A stretch of DNA of 64,000 nucleotides, taken from assembly GCA_052327205.1 (NCBI GenBank), contig CM126205.1:299956001-300020000 (forward strand), in the 5' to 3' direction. The notes beneath the pieces were generated by a model. It was not told where the DNA came from and did not search any database. It worked only from the letters and a program-made list of their open reading frames with translations. This DNA comes from Somniosus microcephalus. Its lineage: Eukaryota. Position numbers and translations under genes: made by a program. Of this stretch, positions 12,400-24,877 are shown piece after piece. Each line of letters starts with the position of its first letter. Position 1 is the first letter of the stretch.

Positions 12400-12746
12400 A
12401 GTCGAATTAAAATAGGAGAGGTTCTATAAAGGGCGAGTGATCCACTCTAAGAGATTGCCACCAGGTGCTGAAGATGAACATCTACCCCATGGTATTTAAG
12501 GAAATGTAGCTACGTAGTTAGAGTGGTTCTGAATGGTATTTTTTGGATTGGCAGGATGTAGTTAGTGGCTTGCTCCAGGAATATGTTCTAGGAGCTCCTT
12601 TGTTTTCCATTGTATATATGATCTTGATAAGGGCATAAGAGGAATGATATTGAAGCGTGCTTTTACCTCATTAGGGGACATGGCAAACTATGAGGAAGAA
12701 CATCGGAAACTGCAGAGTGGAATGCTAGATGACAGATGCAGGTTAA

Positions 12747-13705
12747 TGTAAAGGGTTTTCTTTGTTACTGGTCCCCCGTTACACACAGTTCTTGGACGTC
12801 AGGATTTATAAGAACAAAATACACACGGCACAGGGTTTTGGTTCAACCTTTGATTCATTTGTTTATTGAACACACACACACAATTACTTCCCCAGTATAA
12901 ATCTCTACGATTTATATTAGGCTAACAACCTCAAAATACAAACCCCTACGCAAGGGTCATTTGCATCGACACAATATGACACAATTAAACCCATCCGCGA
13001 TTTGACTGTTACATATAAAGTTACCCAGACTCAATCACAAAACCCTTATTGTGATCTGACTGAAACTCTCAAACTTACTCAGACTCAAACACAAGAGCCC
13101 CCTCTATGATTTGACTGAAACATACAATCACCACTCCCGATCGGCTGTCTCTTGGAGTTGATTGTAGGCCCAAATCTTTCTGTTCGCTGTTCTGCCGTTG
13201 GCTTCCCACACCACTGTCTTCAAAGTGATCTTTTACTTAAACCAAAACCAACTTGCAATCTTGAAACACATATCCTGGTCCCTCCTATGCACATGATGGC
13301 CATATCAAAATGTGCGAATTGTCCCTCGTATTGTCCATTGATTAGAGATACCTTTCTGACAATGCAACCTTCCCAAGGTGACTGCATGTGTGAAGTTGTT
13401 GGTTTCTGTTAGCATTCGTATTCAAATTGTTCGAGGCCCGGCCCATTGTCTAGGCCTGCACTGAAACTAGTTATTCGGGGGCCATGGTCTTCTTTAACAA
13501 TGTAAACTCTTAAGGTAAATGAATATGCGAATGTTCTTGTTCAGAAACATTCGTATTTTAGATTGTCTGTGATCCAGTCGTAGTTTCGGCTGCAATGTTT
13601 GAATTAACCCTTTATTGCTGAGCCCTTTTTGCGGGCTCTGTAGTTCTGGGCTTTTATATTTCATAGTCCAATTTTTACCATTGGGGGAGAGGAATGAATC
13701 CTACA
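12747..13705 (-). mobile_element. Solo LTR, 959 bp, 4-bp TSD TTAA (Gypsy- or ERV-like)
   Basis: Termini TGTA..TACA, TTAA at 12743-12746 and 13706-13709, minus-strand AATAAA near 12865, and internal repeats of about 54 bp at about 13000-13130. Removing it restores the CR1. Confidence 0.75.
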
Positions 13706-14259
13706 TTAATGAAGAGGATGTGGATTAGTTTAGTTTAGGAAAAAGAACAGTGAGAGGGAGTCTACCCTAAACAGCAAGCCCCTGATATTCCTTTCCTGTG
13801 CACCTGGCAAACAATCCGATCTTGGGCACAAAGGAGAGGAATAAAGCGCAGGGTCTCCTTTATGGTGCCACAGCATTTCCGAGGCTCTGCTCCGACAATT
13901 AGTGTAGCCATTGTAACTCCAGGGAAATCTGGAAATTTTCAAGAGCAGCTCTTGATTTACTTGATTTCTTGATTTTCTGTACAAAACTGCCGCTGGGAGG
14001 TCTGTAAGCTGTTCGCCAAATAACTTCACCACATAAAGCTAACGTGCCATATTTGTGATACATTCTGACTGCTGTTATGTTTACTGCCGGTCTTCTTCCT
14101 TTGAACACTCCTTTGGTGTTCACCTCCCACAGCAACATTCCTGTCACCACCAGTTGGCTCCTGCAGCTGCAAGCAAAGCTATTCGGCCAGTTGATGGCAG
14201 TTTGAATTTGGAAGAGGAAAGACAATTCCTGAAAAGGAAAAGCGGGTGTACTGTGGGTG

Positions 14260-14942
14260 GCCCAGGGATTATGTCATACAAGCCAAGCCTGACTATTGTG
14301 GCATGTCAAGAAGATCTGCTTTTGCTGTCTATGACACAGCAGGGAGGCAGTCATCAAGTTATGCTGTCTACTGGGCCTGGTGTTCAGACTACATCCAGCA
14401 CAAGGACAGCCCTTCGTGTAGTGTTTAAAGTCACCACCACATTGAACTTTTATGCTATTGGCTCATTTCAAATGACTTTCCCAGATTAGTCAGTTGTCTA
14501 TAAATTATTGCTTCAAACAGATCCCTGTTCCAGGGGAGACACATTTGTTATTTTCCCAGTGGAAGGGAAGAAGCAAGCGGAGAGAACCTGGCACTTCTGC
14601 CAAGTAACGCAAAAGTGCAGGGCCCCATCGATGGCAACTAACAAGGCACCAAACAACAATCCCATGACTTATATGAGTTGAAAAGGATTTAATTTGATCA
14701 ATGTACAGGTGATCTCAAAGGAGGATTTGCATCAGTTTCCCAATATCTTAAAGTTGTAAGATACCCCGGTACCAGCCGCAATGCATTCATCAGTTATGCC
14801 ACAATTATTTGAAGGAGCAGTAAGGTTGGATGGATGGTTGCTGGGAGGCCAAGGATACCTTTGCTGTCCTGTCTATTGATGCCCATCTGGAACCCCCAAA
14901 CTGAGGCTGAAACAACATACAGTGAGGCTCATGTCTCCACCC
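14260..14942 (+). pseudogene. Fossil PIF/Harbinger DDE transposase (HARBI1-like)
   Basis: Ordered motifs with stops and frameshifts: KVTTTLNFYAIGSFQ, VQGPIDG, KAP..Y...KGFNLINVQVI, RYPGTSRNAFI, GWLLGGQGY, LMPIWNPQTEAETTYSEAH. Confidence 0.85.
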
Positions 14943-15242
14943 AAATTTTCGTAGAACATACCACGATTATTTTGAAGCAGCACTTCTGTGGTCTAGACAA
15001 GATTAGGTGAACTCCGATTCTACACCCTCAAGAAAGTATCAAAGATCATTTGTATCTACTGTATTCTGTACAATTTTGCCACTCGAAAACCAAAAACGCT
15101 GAAAGATGAGTTTGTGCCCTTACCTGCAAAGGAGCAGGTGAAGAGCAGCTGCACTCTCAATTCCACGCTCACATATCCCAGGTAATTCAGAGCTCCCTGC
15201 ACATGGGAAAACCCATGTAGGGGGATTATTTAAATCATGTTA

Positions 15243-15576
15243 CAGGAAACTTTCTGGTATCTGGCACTGACGGGGCCGAGCTGGTGCCGTTAGATCAAAA
15301 CTGCCGTATAAACCAGCGGCAATGTTAAAACATACAGAGCTTTTCAGCTCCGTGTGAATCAACAAACCCTATTGCTTAGCAACAGCTTCAAAACAATCGG
15401 CTGCAGCTGCAAGCGTCTCTAGCTGAAGCTGTTGCTTAGCTACAGACCTTGCAGAGCCTGACTGGGGGAAAAAAAAGCAACGAGAAGTAAAAAAACTTAT
15501 AGAAAACGGCTCCTGAATTTTGCCGGTAGATAGAGCTTTCCAGACTTTTAACCTCCAGTTAAACGAAAGTTTCCTG
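15243..15576. mobile_element. Tc1/mariner (pogo/Tigger-like) MITE
   Basis: TA|CAGGAAACTTTC ... GAAAGTTTCCTG|TA. Homologous to 22120-22737 and 54363-54666. Confidence 0.8.
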
Positions 15577-18204
15577 TAATTAGCTAATACTGCAGAATGT
15601 GATAGGTTTAGACTGCTATTCAACTACTGCAGATTATCATGCAAATGATAGAAGCTTGGGCCATTTCTTGGTCCAACTGTAGGATTGGCCCTATAGATGA
15701 TTAAAGGTGGAAGTGAGTTGGGAACACCCATAAAAAGGCAAATGGGTTTTATATGTGGAACATTGGATAGGAAAGCAAGGAAATGATGTTGAATTTGAAC
15801 AGAACATTGGTTAGATCATAGAGGAAGCATTGCATGCAGTTCTTGGCACCCCATTGTAGGAAAGATATTAGAGCCATGGAAACAGTGCTCAGAAGGATCA
15901 GCGAAGAATGGTTCCCAGAATAAAAGGTTATAGTATCAGTCAGCATCTGTGAAGAGAACAGATGAGTAATGTTTCAGGTGTAGATTCTTCACATAAAACT
16001 TTTCAAATGCAAAATCCATAGCTTTTTCCAAAAAATAAAATTGTGATGGTATGGATTTACATTATTTTCCACAGTGTAATATAACATGGTATTTGATTCC
16101 TCTGGTTCAGTATCCACTCATTGCTGAACAAGAGATGTGAAAGAGGCATTAAACAGAGCCTGTGGTGGAATACTTCTAAACGACGATTGAATCTGCTACA
16201 TCTAGACAGTAGAAGATGCTGCTCCTAACTCACCTTTAATTGGCAGGAAGCATTAAAGACAACAACAATTTCCTAGGCTCAAGGGTTAATTATCCAAAGC
16301 ATTTTCAATCACAATATGTATTTCTGGCACATCTGTAGGAAGTAATCAATTTGGATTTGTGACATACTTCAATTTGTTCAGATGCTATTTTCAATTCGCC
16401 CAAATTACATTTTCAAAATTCCAAGCGAATTTTCTTTAGAACCTGTCGCATTTTCACCTTCCCGTGTTATTTTCGAATCAAAATTTCTCTGGTAATTGCG
16501 AGAGGAGGAAAGAGGAATTGCATCAATCTCCCAATATCCTAAAGTTGTAAGAAATGCAATTGAAAAATAGAATTTCACAGATTTAGGATATTTCCAGCTT
16601 CTGATGAAATTTGGTGCCACAATGTCATTGCGGAATAAATAATTGACATTGTTCCTGTCGTTAGGAGGGAGTATGGCAATTTCTCCCGCTGTTTTCTAGG
16701 ACTGGCATCTGTTATGTGATGGCTGCAAGAATGGCATTATTCAGTGTTAGAGTTCCTGTTTCAGCTGATGTTCACCTCAGAGAAATTGTTAATAACATGG
16801 AGTCTTTCGAAGTGGTCTAAGTGTAAGATTAGAAGTCACAAAAATTCACTATGAACAGGGAAAAAGTGACCACCTCATTTGGGTGCACATGAAATAGCAG
16901 TGCATGTGTTACACATGAGTAAAATGATCACCCTGTAACTGAATGATGCTTATTAGAAAATGCTCAGAGTTTCTTTTCATTAGCTTTTTTGGCTGTTTTA
17001 CTACATGCCCAGTACTGTTTACTGTCGTTCATGCAGAAATGATTTCCTCTACTTTGAACTTTAGATGGCATATTTTATTTCTCTTTTATCCCAGAATGTT
17101 TTATGATTAGGCTTCTATTCAAAGCAGCCACTGCAACTTTTAAACATACAGAGAACATCATTAGCGTTGGTTGTCTGTGTTTATCGTACATTGTTATTTC
17201 TTTTTCAACGGCTACTCACATCCTTCATGCATCAATTGTAATTGTATGCATTCATCACGTATTCCATGAAAAACAGCCAATGCAAAGAAATGTCACTTTT
17301 TAATTTTTTTTTTGCATCTCAAGAAGCAAGACATTTTCATTTAAAAAAAACATATTTTGAATTTCAGGCCCCAGGTGACCAAGAAAAGTTCTTTGGAAAT
17401 GTTAACCTAATAGTAGAATGCCCAGATGTCTGAACTGACATTCTCAACAAGATAATGTAGGCCCTTCAGAATACTGTAGAGGCCAAATAGGCAGAGCTCC
17501 AAGTACCTGGAGATGCTTGTTAAAAATTTGGTCAGTGATGAGAGAACACTTAAATATTCCATCATCTCTCTTGCAGGGTAAGGAGAGCAATTCTTGGCTA
17601 AGGACAATGAAACAAATCAGTAGACATTAGGGTTGGACTCCGCTTAAAATCTAAGCCTACACAAAATTCTCAAAAAATGACCCTTAAAAGTTTGATTCTA
17701 GCCCCTTTAAGATTACAGAAGCTTTGTGATGATGTGACTGAAGTAATACTTCCAGAATCAAAAGAAAGGATGTGTTGCTTTGTGCAGGAGTGCCTGTGGG
17801 AACACTGTAGCCAACAACTGGGACCTGTGGAGCAGCTATCAAGGGAAACATGGTATTATTCTCTCACAGCCTGGAGGATGCAATCTCTGGAGGTGCCTGC
17901 TGGGGAAATTAAACAGATTTTTTAGGGAGGCCATTAGGATATTTACTTTATTCTGAGGAACATCTGTTGTTATAGTGGATAAGGGCTCAGTATGTATAAT
18001 TGGTAAATGTCTCGATGTAGTGTACTATAATAGCTATTGGGTCTTAAATAAGTTGCGGCAGGTAGCATTGGAAATTAACAATAATTTGATATATGACTTC
18101 TCGTTCAGGTTTTTCCTGGACTTTAACTACAATCTGTAATCTGAGCTTAGCTGTTCAGTGGATGAAGTGGTCAGAATAAGATGCCAGGCTGCACTTAATC
18201 TTAG

Positions 18205-19170
18205 AAATACTCAGCAGGTCAGGCAGCATCTGTAGAGAGAGAAACAGAGTTAACGGCCCAGAAATTGGTGTCGGGGGCTTCCCGCGGGTGCAAGGCCCCG
18301 ACCTACACTTACATAGCGCGCCGACAGTTGAAGCCTGGCCCTGCGTGGATTTCCTGTCAGTGGCCCGGTCCAGCTCCCGGCGCACTGTGCTTGCGTGATC
18401 CAGCGGCATAGTTAGTGCGATGAGCCGGCTGGGATCACGTGAGCACTGGGCAACCAATCGGAGGTTGCAAAAGTTCATTCATGAGTTTGATACGTAAGAA
18501 CTGTCAAACTCATGAAAACTCTGGGTTCCCAAAACAGTACTTAAACTTCAAATAAAAGTTTTTAAAAATCCCACTAATTAAATGAACTATTAATAACTGT
18601 AAAAAAACTATTTTAAACAATTATTCAAATTTTTGGAAAAAATAATTTTTTAACAAATCGGGTCTAAAAATACACTTACCTTACTGTAAATTCTTTAAAA
18701 ATAATGAACCTGTGGAAAAAAAATTCTAACTTTAATTAATAGACCACTTACCTTTTAAAACTAATTCCTTACGTCTGCTTTTTTCACGCGTAGAAACCGA
18801 AGGCCTTCACGCACGGGCAAAGCTTAAAAAGATAAGGAATTTCAGCACACACGCGCAGACTCCTGCACACACGCGTTCGACCTCTGAACCCCTTGGTTCA
18901 GAGGAAAGGAAATGCCGGTTTTCCGCGCATGCGCTGTGCATGCTGAAAACCAGCAATTCCATCGGGCCCACACATGAGTACCTCCGTCCGTACTCACGCG
19001 TTGGGACCCGAATTACTGGGCCATTGTTTCAGATCGATGACCCATCATCAGGTCATTGACCTGAAACATTAACTCTGTTTCTCTCTCTACAGATGCTAGC
19101 TGACCTGCTGAGTATTTCCAGCATTTTCTGATTTTATTTCAGATTTCCAGCATCCGCGGTATTTTGCTTT
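18205..19170. mobile_element. Foldback Penelope-LTR-like retro-insertion with a 15-bp TSD, interrupted by a MITE
   Basis: Inverted arms (ctcagcaggtcaggcagcatctgtagagagagaaacagagttaa and its reverse complement). TGCACYTAATCTTAG occurs at 18190-18204 and 19171-19185. Confidence 0.75.
18255..19022. mobile_element. Harbinger-type MITE, 768 bp; direct copy at 33233-33989
   Basis: TIRs GGCCCAGAAATT / AATTACTGGGCC. The insertion adds 3 bp (aac/att) to the host element and is similar to 33233-33989 along its length. Confidence 0.85.
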
Positions 19171-19287
19171 TGCACCTAATCTTAGTTTGATTCTTCACCT
19201 CCTTCCATTTTCCTGCCAGTGATTTTCCCTTTCTCTTTTCACACCAAAATAACGAGTAATGTCTGGTAAGAAAACAAAATGTATATT

Positions 19288-19886
19288 GCCCCAGAAATTG
19301 CTGGAATGGCACATCTTGTGCTGAGCGATGTGAACTGGACTTTTTAACTTATCCTTCAGACCGAGTGTAGAAACAGCTTTGCATCCTGAAAATGATTGCC
19401 TTCCTACACTAACAGGAGTGTGGACGGCAAGACTGGCACAAAAATACTGCCAGGATAGATAAAAAGTTTTAAAATAGACCTCCAGGAACAATTTACTACC
19501 TGCAGGAATGAGACTCCACAGTTTCATTGTTCCCTTTCTGGGCCTCCAAGTTTGTCAGGCCCATAATTCACGTCAATAACAGGGTCCTTACAACATGAAT
19601 TACAAGCCCTGAATGGCTGCAGCGAGATTAATTTGCATTAACGGTGTAAATCAAACAATTTCATGACATGCAATTTATTTCAGCTGGGAGACTCACGCCG
19701 AGATTGCAATTTTTTGCGGTTTTGTCGTGGCTAACGGCGGAGCGGTGCAAATCGTTCAGCAATTTTTGTGGAGCATTGGAACTCCTGGCAAATCTCTTCT
19801 TTACCACAAACTGCTGGATTCATCTTACAAACTAATAATGGCGAATGTTGCGAACTCGCCATTACTTTTCCAGCAATTTCTGGGCC
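19288..19886. mobile_element. Harbinger-type MITE, TSD ATT
   Basis: TIRs gccccagaaattgctggaa / ttccagcaatttctgggcc, with ATT on both sides. Confidence 0.8.
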
Positions 19887-21171
19887 ATTATGGTGCTCTA
19901 TGCAAACCATAGAATATTTTGCTCTACAGCCCCCCAAATTATCCAAATATGAAGAATATAGGAGTGAAATTGGTCAGAACCAGTAGCACAAAGCGAGTGT
20001 GAAAGCCTGTTGACTTCAATGAAAAACAAAATCGGCGCAATGTAAAACATGCTGATGTACTTTGAGCTTGCTTTGCGCTACTGGCGCTGACGAATTTCAT
20101 ACCCATATATCTTAATTATTATCAAAGTTTATTTTCATAATCACCAAAGTGTGGGCATTTATGCTATATTTATTCCCTGCCAACAATTGCGGAACTGCAC
20201 AGAAGTCATTAAGAGATTCTGCACGGCCGATTCTTCCCCATTCCCTTAAAAGATTGATTATGTTTGAATTACTTACTATGGAACATAAATGCTCTGTAAT
20301 GGGCTGCAGTGAAAGTTATATTTCTGGTGATGATAATTGCAAATCGGAACTACATAACGACATTTGGTGGTGTGTGATAGTAACCTGAAGCAACTATCAC
20401 CAGCAAACAAGTGACAGCCATTTTAAACCAACTGCATCTGCAATAATTTCAAGGTTTTTATCTTCTTTGTTTTATCAAAACAGTATTTTGTGCTGAGTTA
20501 TTCTAATATTTAATAACTATTTTTCAGTAAACACTAATCTCTGTAAAATTACCTTTGGCACACATAAAAGTAGGTCAGCTTGTGACCCCTGATTCATACA
20601 GGATGCACATTTATGTGTGGCATGCTGTAAATCTACAGGTTATTATTTTATAATGTTCCATGTGGATATAGAATAATTTGTTCCTTATGAACCGTATAAA
20701 AGTTGAATGTTCACATATGATTGTTCAAGCTAAACTAAATTGAAGGCACTAATTTCACATCTGAGGTGAATTAAATCCGTAATTCAGCAAATTGGACTTA
20801 GTAACTTATCTTGAATGTGTGTGGGGTTGAACTGCAATTAATTGTACCCAATTTAAGTACTCCAATATCTGTTAAAATAATGTTACAAACAAACTATTTC
20901 AGAAACTCACTGTGACAGTCAGGAAGAAACAGATTACAGAATCAAGAATTTTGCTAGATAAAGTAATTTTTGCTCTGCAATGTTTTGGCCATTGTATATG
21001 CAGTTAATGTTGGTGTTTCCCACAATCTATCAATGTGCTGCATTGGTTACCATGCACTGTTTCTGTAACACTATTTCTTGCAGCATTCTGGAGCTGGATG
21101 GGGAAAGTGGGGAGAAAAACGCTAAATATTGAGATCAAAGAAAGCAGGCATTGGTGGTCTCACTGAAGAGT

Positions 21172-21872
21172 AGAATTACAGAATCATGGAATGATATCGC
21201 ACAGAAGGAGGCCATTGGGCTGTCCAATTAGTCCCACGCTCCTGCTCTTTCTCCATAGCCCTGTATTGTTCCCTTCAAGTATTTTTCCCATTCTCTTTTG
21301 AATGTTACCATTGAATCTGTTTCCACTACCCTTTCAGGCAATGCATTCCAGATCACAACAACTCGCTGTGTAAAAGAATGTTTCCCCATGTCGCCTCTGG
21401 TTCTTTTGCCAATCACCTTAAATCTTTATCCTCTGGTTACTGACCCTTTTGCCACTGGAAGAAGTTTCTCCTTATTTACTCTATCAAAACCGTTCATGAT
21501 TTTGAGCACCTCTATCAAATGTTTCATCTGCAAACTTTTAAATTATGCCCTCTATACCCAAGTCCAGGTCATTGATATATATCCAAAAGAGCAGTGGTCC
21601 TGAAACTGACACCACTGCACACCTCCCTCCAGTCTGAAAAACAACTGTTCACCGCTACTCTCTGCTTTCTGCCCCTTAGCCAATATTGTGTCCATGCTGC
21701 CACTGTCCCATTAATTCCACGGGCTTTAATTTTGCTAACAAGACTATTATGTGGTACTTTGTCAAATGCCTTTTGAAAGTCCATACACACAACATCAACC
21801 ACACTACCCTCAACAACCCTCTCCGTTACTTGATCAAAGAATTCAATCAAGTTCGTCAAACATGATTTGCTT
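21172..21872 (-). mobile_element. CR1 LINE fragment (RT and 3' end, with an internal deletion)
   Basis: MTNLIEFF..MDFQKAFDKVPH, FTQRVVVIWNALP and a CR1 3' tail. Confidence 0.88.
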
Positions 21873-22119
21873 CATATAATTGTAGTCCTGGGCATCAGGA
21901 GGTTGATGAACAAACTCCAGCAGATAGATTCCTGTGTATGCTTGAAGCAAAGGAGGGGAGTTGGGGTATGCCTGGACAGTGGGTCCTGGAACTTCCTTTA
22001 CTAAACAAAGCCACGGTCATTCCTGAGAGTTGTACTGGGAACATCATAGACAATTTGAATACAAATTTTGCCTGATTGTTTATCATGGGGTGGATATACC
22101 CAACTGGGGATAGGGTGTA

Positions 22120-22737
22120 CAGGAAACTTTTTTTTATCCGGCACCGACGGGACCGACGTGGTGCCGGTTCATCAAAAATTCCAGATCACCGAGCGCTATA
22201 GTAAAAGATACGAGAGCTGAGCGCTCCATATAAAGCAACAAACCCTGTTGCTTAGCAACAGGTTCAGAACAATGGTCACAAGTTACAAGCGTCTCTGTAG
22301 CTTAGCAACAGCTGCAGCCACACCCTTGCACAGCAACAGATGGAGGAAGGCAAGTAATATGAAGTATGAACTGCCATCTGGGAGACGCTACAGATGCATT
22401 CGCACCCGTACAACCAGATTTAGGAACAGCTTCTTTCCCAGGGCTGTCATCCTACTGAACTCCACAAATAAACTCTAAAGCCTGCACATCTGCCAATGCA
22501 CTTTATTATGGTTATGTTTATGTTAATGTATTACAAGCCAAATGTATGTTGAATGTTTAAATGTCTTAATCTAAATGTACACTCTCGGGAGCCGCAAGCC
22601 TACATTTCGTTGTACTGCACTTGTGCACTAACAATGACAATAAAAGTTGATTTGATTTGATTTGAACCTACTCCTGAATTTTGCCGGTTAACCGAGATTT
22701 CCGGTTATTTAGGTGCCGGTAAATCAAAAGTTTCCTG
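22120..22737. mobile_element. pogo/Tigger-like MITE containing a Rex1/Babar insertion
   Basis: TA|CAGGAAACTTTT ... AAAAGTTTCCTG|TA. Confidence 0.82.
22372..22662 (+). mobile_element. Rex1/Babar-type LINE 3' end
   Basis: LPSGRRYRCIRTRTTRFRNSFFPRAVILLN, followed by AATAAA and a (TTGAT)n tail. TGAAC flanks both sides. Confidence 0.8.
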
Positions 22738-23482
22738 TACATTAAATTGCTTATAGAAGAGAGTGTAAGAAAGTTCCAGGAGTCAAATGAATGCGAGTAT
22801 ATTGCTTTTATTTTCATATCTTTGTTAAGTGATAAATTTTATTTTTCAGAGTTCACAATGGACTGGTGGAAAATATACATTAGTTTTTTTGCTGGAATGG
22901 GATGGTAGAACATGATTTTGTACAAAAAGTATTGTTGTAATGAGATTGGGAAGAAAATTAAAATTATGAAGGAAGGTTTTGTTAAATATGACGGGTCATT
23001 TTTTACTTTCACTATTCATCAATCAGAAAGGAATAAGCCACAGAGCAAGAAGAAAATTGGCCAGAATTGACAGTCTTGACACAGACAATAGTCACAACAG
23101 AAGCACAAAACTTTATTATACAGATTGCAGACTAGTACAGCCATGTCCTCCTATCAGGAGCTTTAAGATCTCAGTGATGCAACAGCTTAGAAAAGCCATA
23201 ACTTGAACAAGAAGTTCTACCTCATTTTGTTATTGTACAAACCTGACCTCATAGGGGAGAGTACAAATTTGAAGTCATTTTAATAATATATTTATTTCAA
23301 TGTTAACATTTCTCTTTTAACACTTTGACGCTATGTCCAAACTTTTAGAAATTCTATAAGGTTACCTTGTAGGCTACTGTAGAACTAACTTTTTTCACGT
23401 AAGTAACAGCTGTTAATGCTTTCCTCATTTTAAGGACCGTTAACATTCCACTGCTTAAGTAAAGACACTTCTAAAACTTCAA

Positions 23483-24193
23483 GGCCTAGAAATTGGGTTG
23501 GGGCGCCAAAGTGGCACAAAAGTCGCCTGAGCGCAGGATTTAGCGCAGCGTTCGAGGCTTTAGCGATCGTCAGATATTCAGTTCCATTGCCCCTAGAGGG
23601 AGACGGGGTGAGGCTCGAGGTGCTCTGCGTCCCTCTTAGGGCGCTGAAACTGAATATCACAGCGCAACGTGCCGCAGCGCCACACGCTGCGGCTCGGCAC
23701 GCTGCGGTACTGCAGGCCTTCCTCCCATTGTTAAGGGGGAGGGGCCTGCAACAGCGCAATCCCCGCTCGCGAGTGCCGGCAAATGAGCCCGGCACCAAGA
23801 AGAAGTGCCGGGCTCTCGGGAAACAGTCGGCAATGCCGCGGGGGGGGTGGTCAGGAGGCCGGGGACGGAGGTGCTGGCAGGCAGCCGCCGAGAGAGGCGG
23901 CCGCCCCGCACCTCCACCTTAACTTGCGCCACTGCCGGCACAGTAAGGCCCCGTGAACCGGGCGCGGGTAGCGAACGGCACAACAGCGGTGTTCGCTACC
24001 AAATATCGGGAACGGGGCACGAATGGGGCGCTGCGCACACCGATGATGTCATCGGTGGCGGCGCAGCAGAAATGGCTAACGCCACCATTAGCGCCCCTGC
24101 TGAATATCGCGGGAGGCGCAGCCAGTGGCGCTACAGCCACTGACTGCTTCTTTAGGCACTAACAGGTGGCGCTACTCACCCAATTTTTCCCCC
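23483..24193. mobile_element. GC-rich Harbinger-type MITE, TSD CAA
   Basis: ggcctagaaattgggt ... acccaatttttccccc, with CAA on both sides. Related to 1-620. Confidence 0.78.
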
Positions 24194-24386
24194 CAAGAGT
24201 CTTATTTTCTTTCAACCCTGCATGACAAACTCAGGCAATCTCACTGTAGTGCGAACTTGCTATTTATTCTGCCGGTGCTCACACCAAATTTAATTATATG
24301 TAAATGAGCATGTGACACAGTAGGAGGGCAGTGACACTGCATCAATAGGCATCTTGTTCTTAACGCTGTGGAGGATTGTACACAGT

Positions 24387-24877
24387 GGGGACGAAATTCC
24401 CATCATTAGCGCCTCCAGTGGGCAGCGCTGCCGGATATCACCCCGATCTTCTGCGCCTGGAGATCATGACGTCATCTCCGGGTGCAGCGCCCTGGTAGCA
24501 CCTCAGGTGAAAAAATCCTCCTTGCTCCCCGCAGCAGCGCCGGGCAATGTTACCGACTGCTGCAGGGGTCGCGAACAGTGAGGCCGGCCGCTCGCGAGGC
24601 GCCATTTAAAAACGCAGTAGCCGGCTGAAATGAAAAAAATAATAAGCGATTAATAAAAAAAAATTCCGAGCACCGGACGTGGGCTGAGTGCCGCGATCGG
24701 TCAGCCTGGCACTCAGCTGATCGCATGGCACTCCCGCACCCCGGTGCTTCAGCAGATGCCAAAAAAAAGGCAAAGAGGGAATTTCTCAAATGCTTGAAAA
24801 GGTTAGCGCCTGGTGCTAACTTTTCAAACGTTTTTGACTTAGTGTCCCAAATGGCCCTCTAGGGGAATTTCTCCCCC
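24387..24877. mobile_element. GC-rich Harbinger-type MITE, TSD AGT
   Basis: ggggacgaaattccc ... gggaatttctccccc, with AGT on both sides. Confidence 0.75.

Larger units (their letters stand above)
11848..12488. mobile_element. Harbinger-type MITE with ATG target-site duplication, inserted in the old CR1
   Basis: TIRs ggggtaggtgtt / aacatctacccc, with ATG at 11845-11847 and 12489-12491. Confidence 0.75.
11640..15935 (+). mobile_element. Old CR1 RT fragment broken up by nested insertions
   Basis: Collinear decayed CR1 ORF2 pieces at about 11640-11847 (CLINLTEFF..YLNFEKAF), 12489-12746, 13706-13776 and 15690-15935 (CMQFLAPHCRKDI). Confidence 0.7.

Noticed and set aside
14055-14489. Host HARBI1 gene
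   Set aside because: It has multiple stops and frameshifts, has lost acidic catalytic residues, and lies inside a decayed CR1. It is a transposon fossil.
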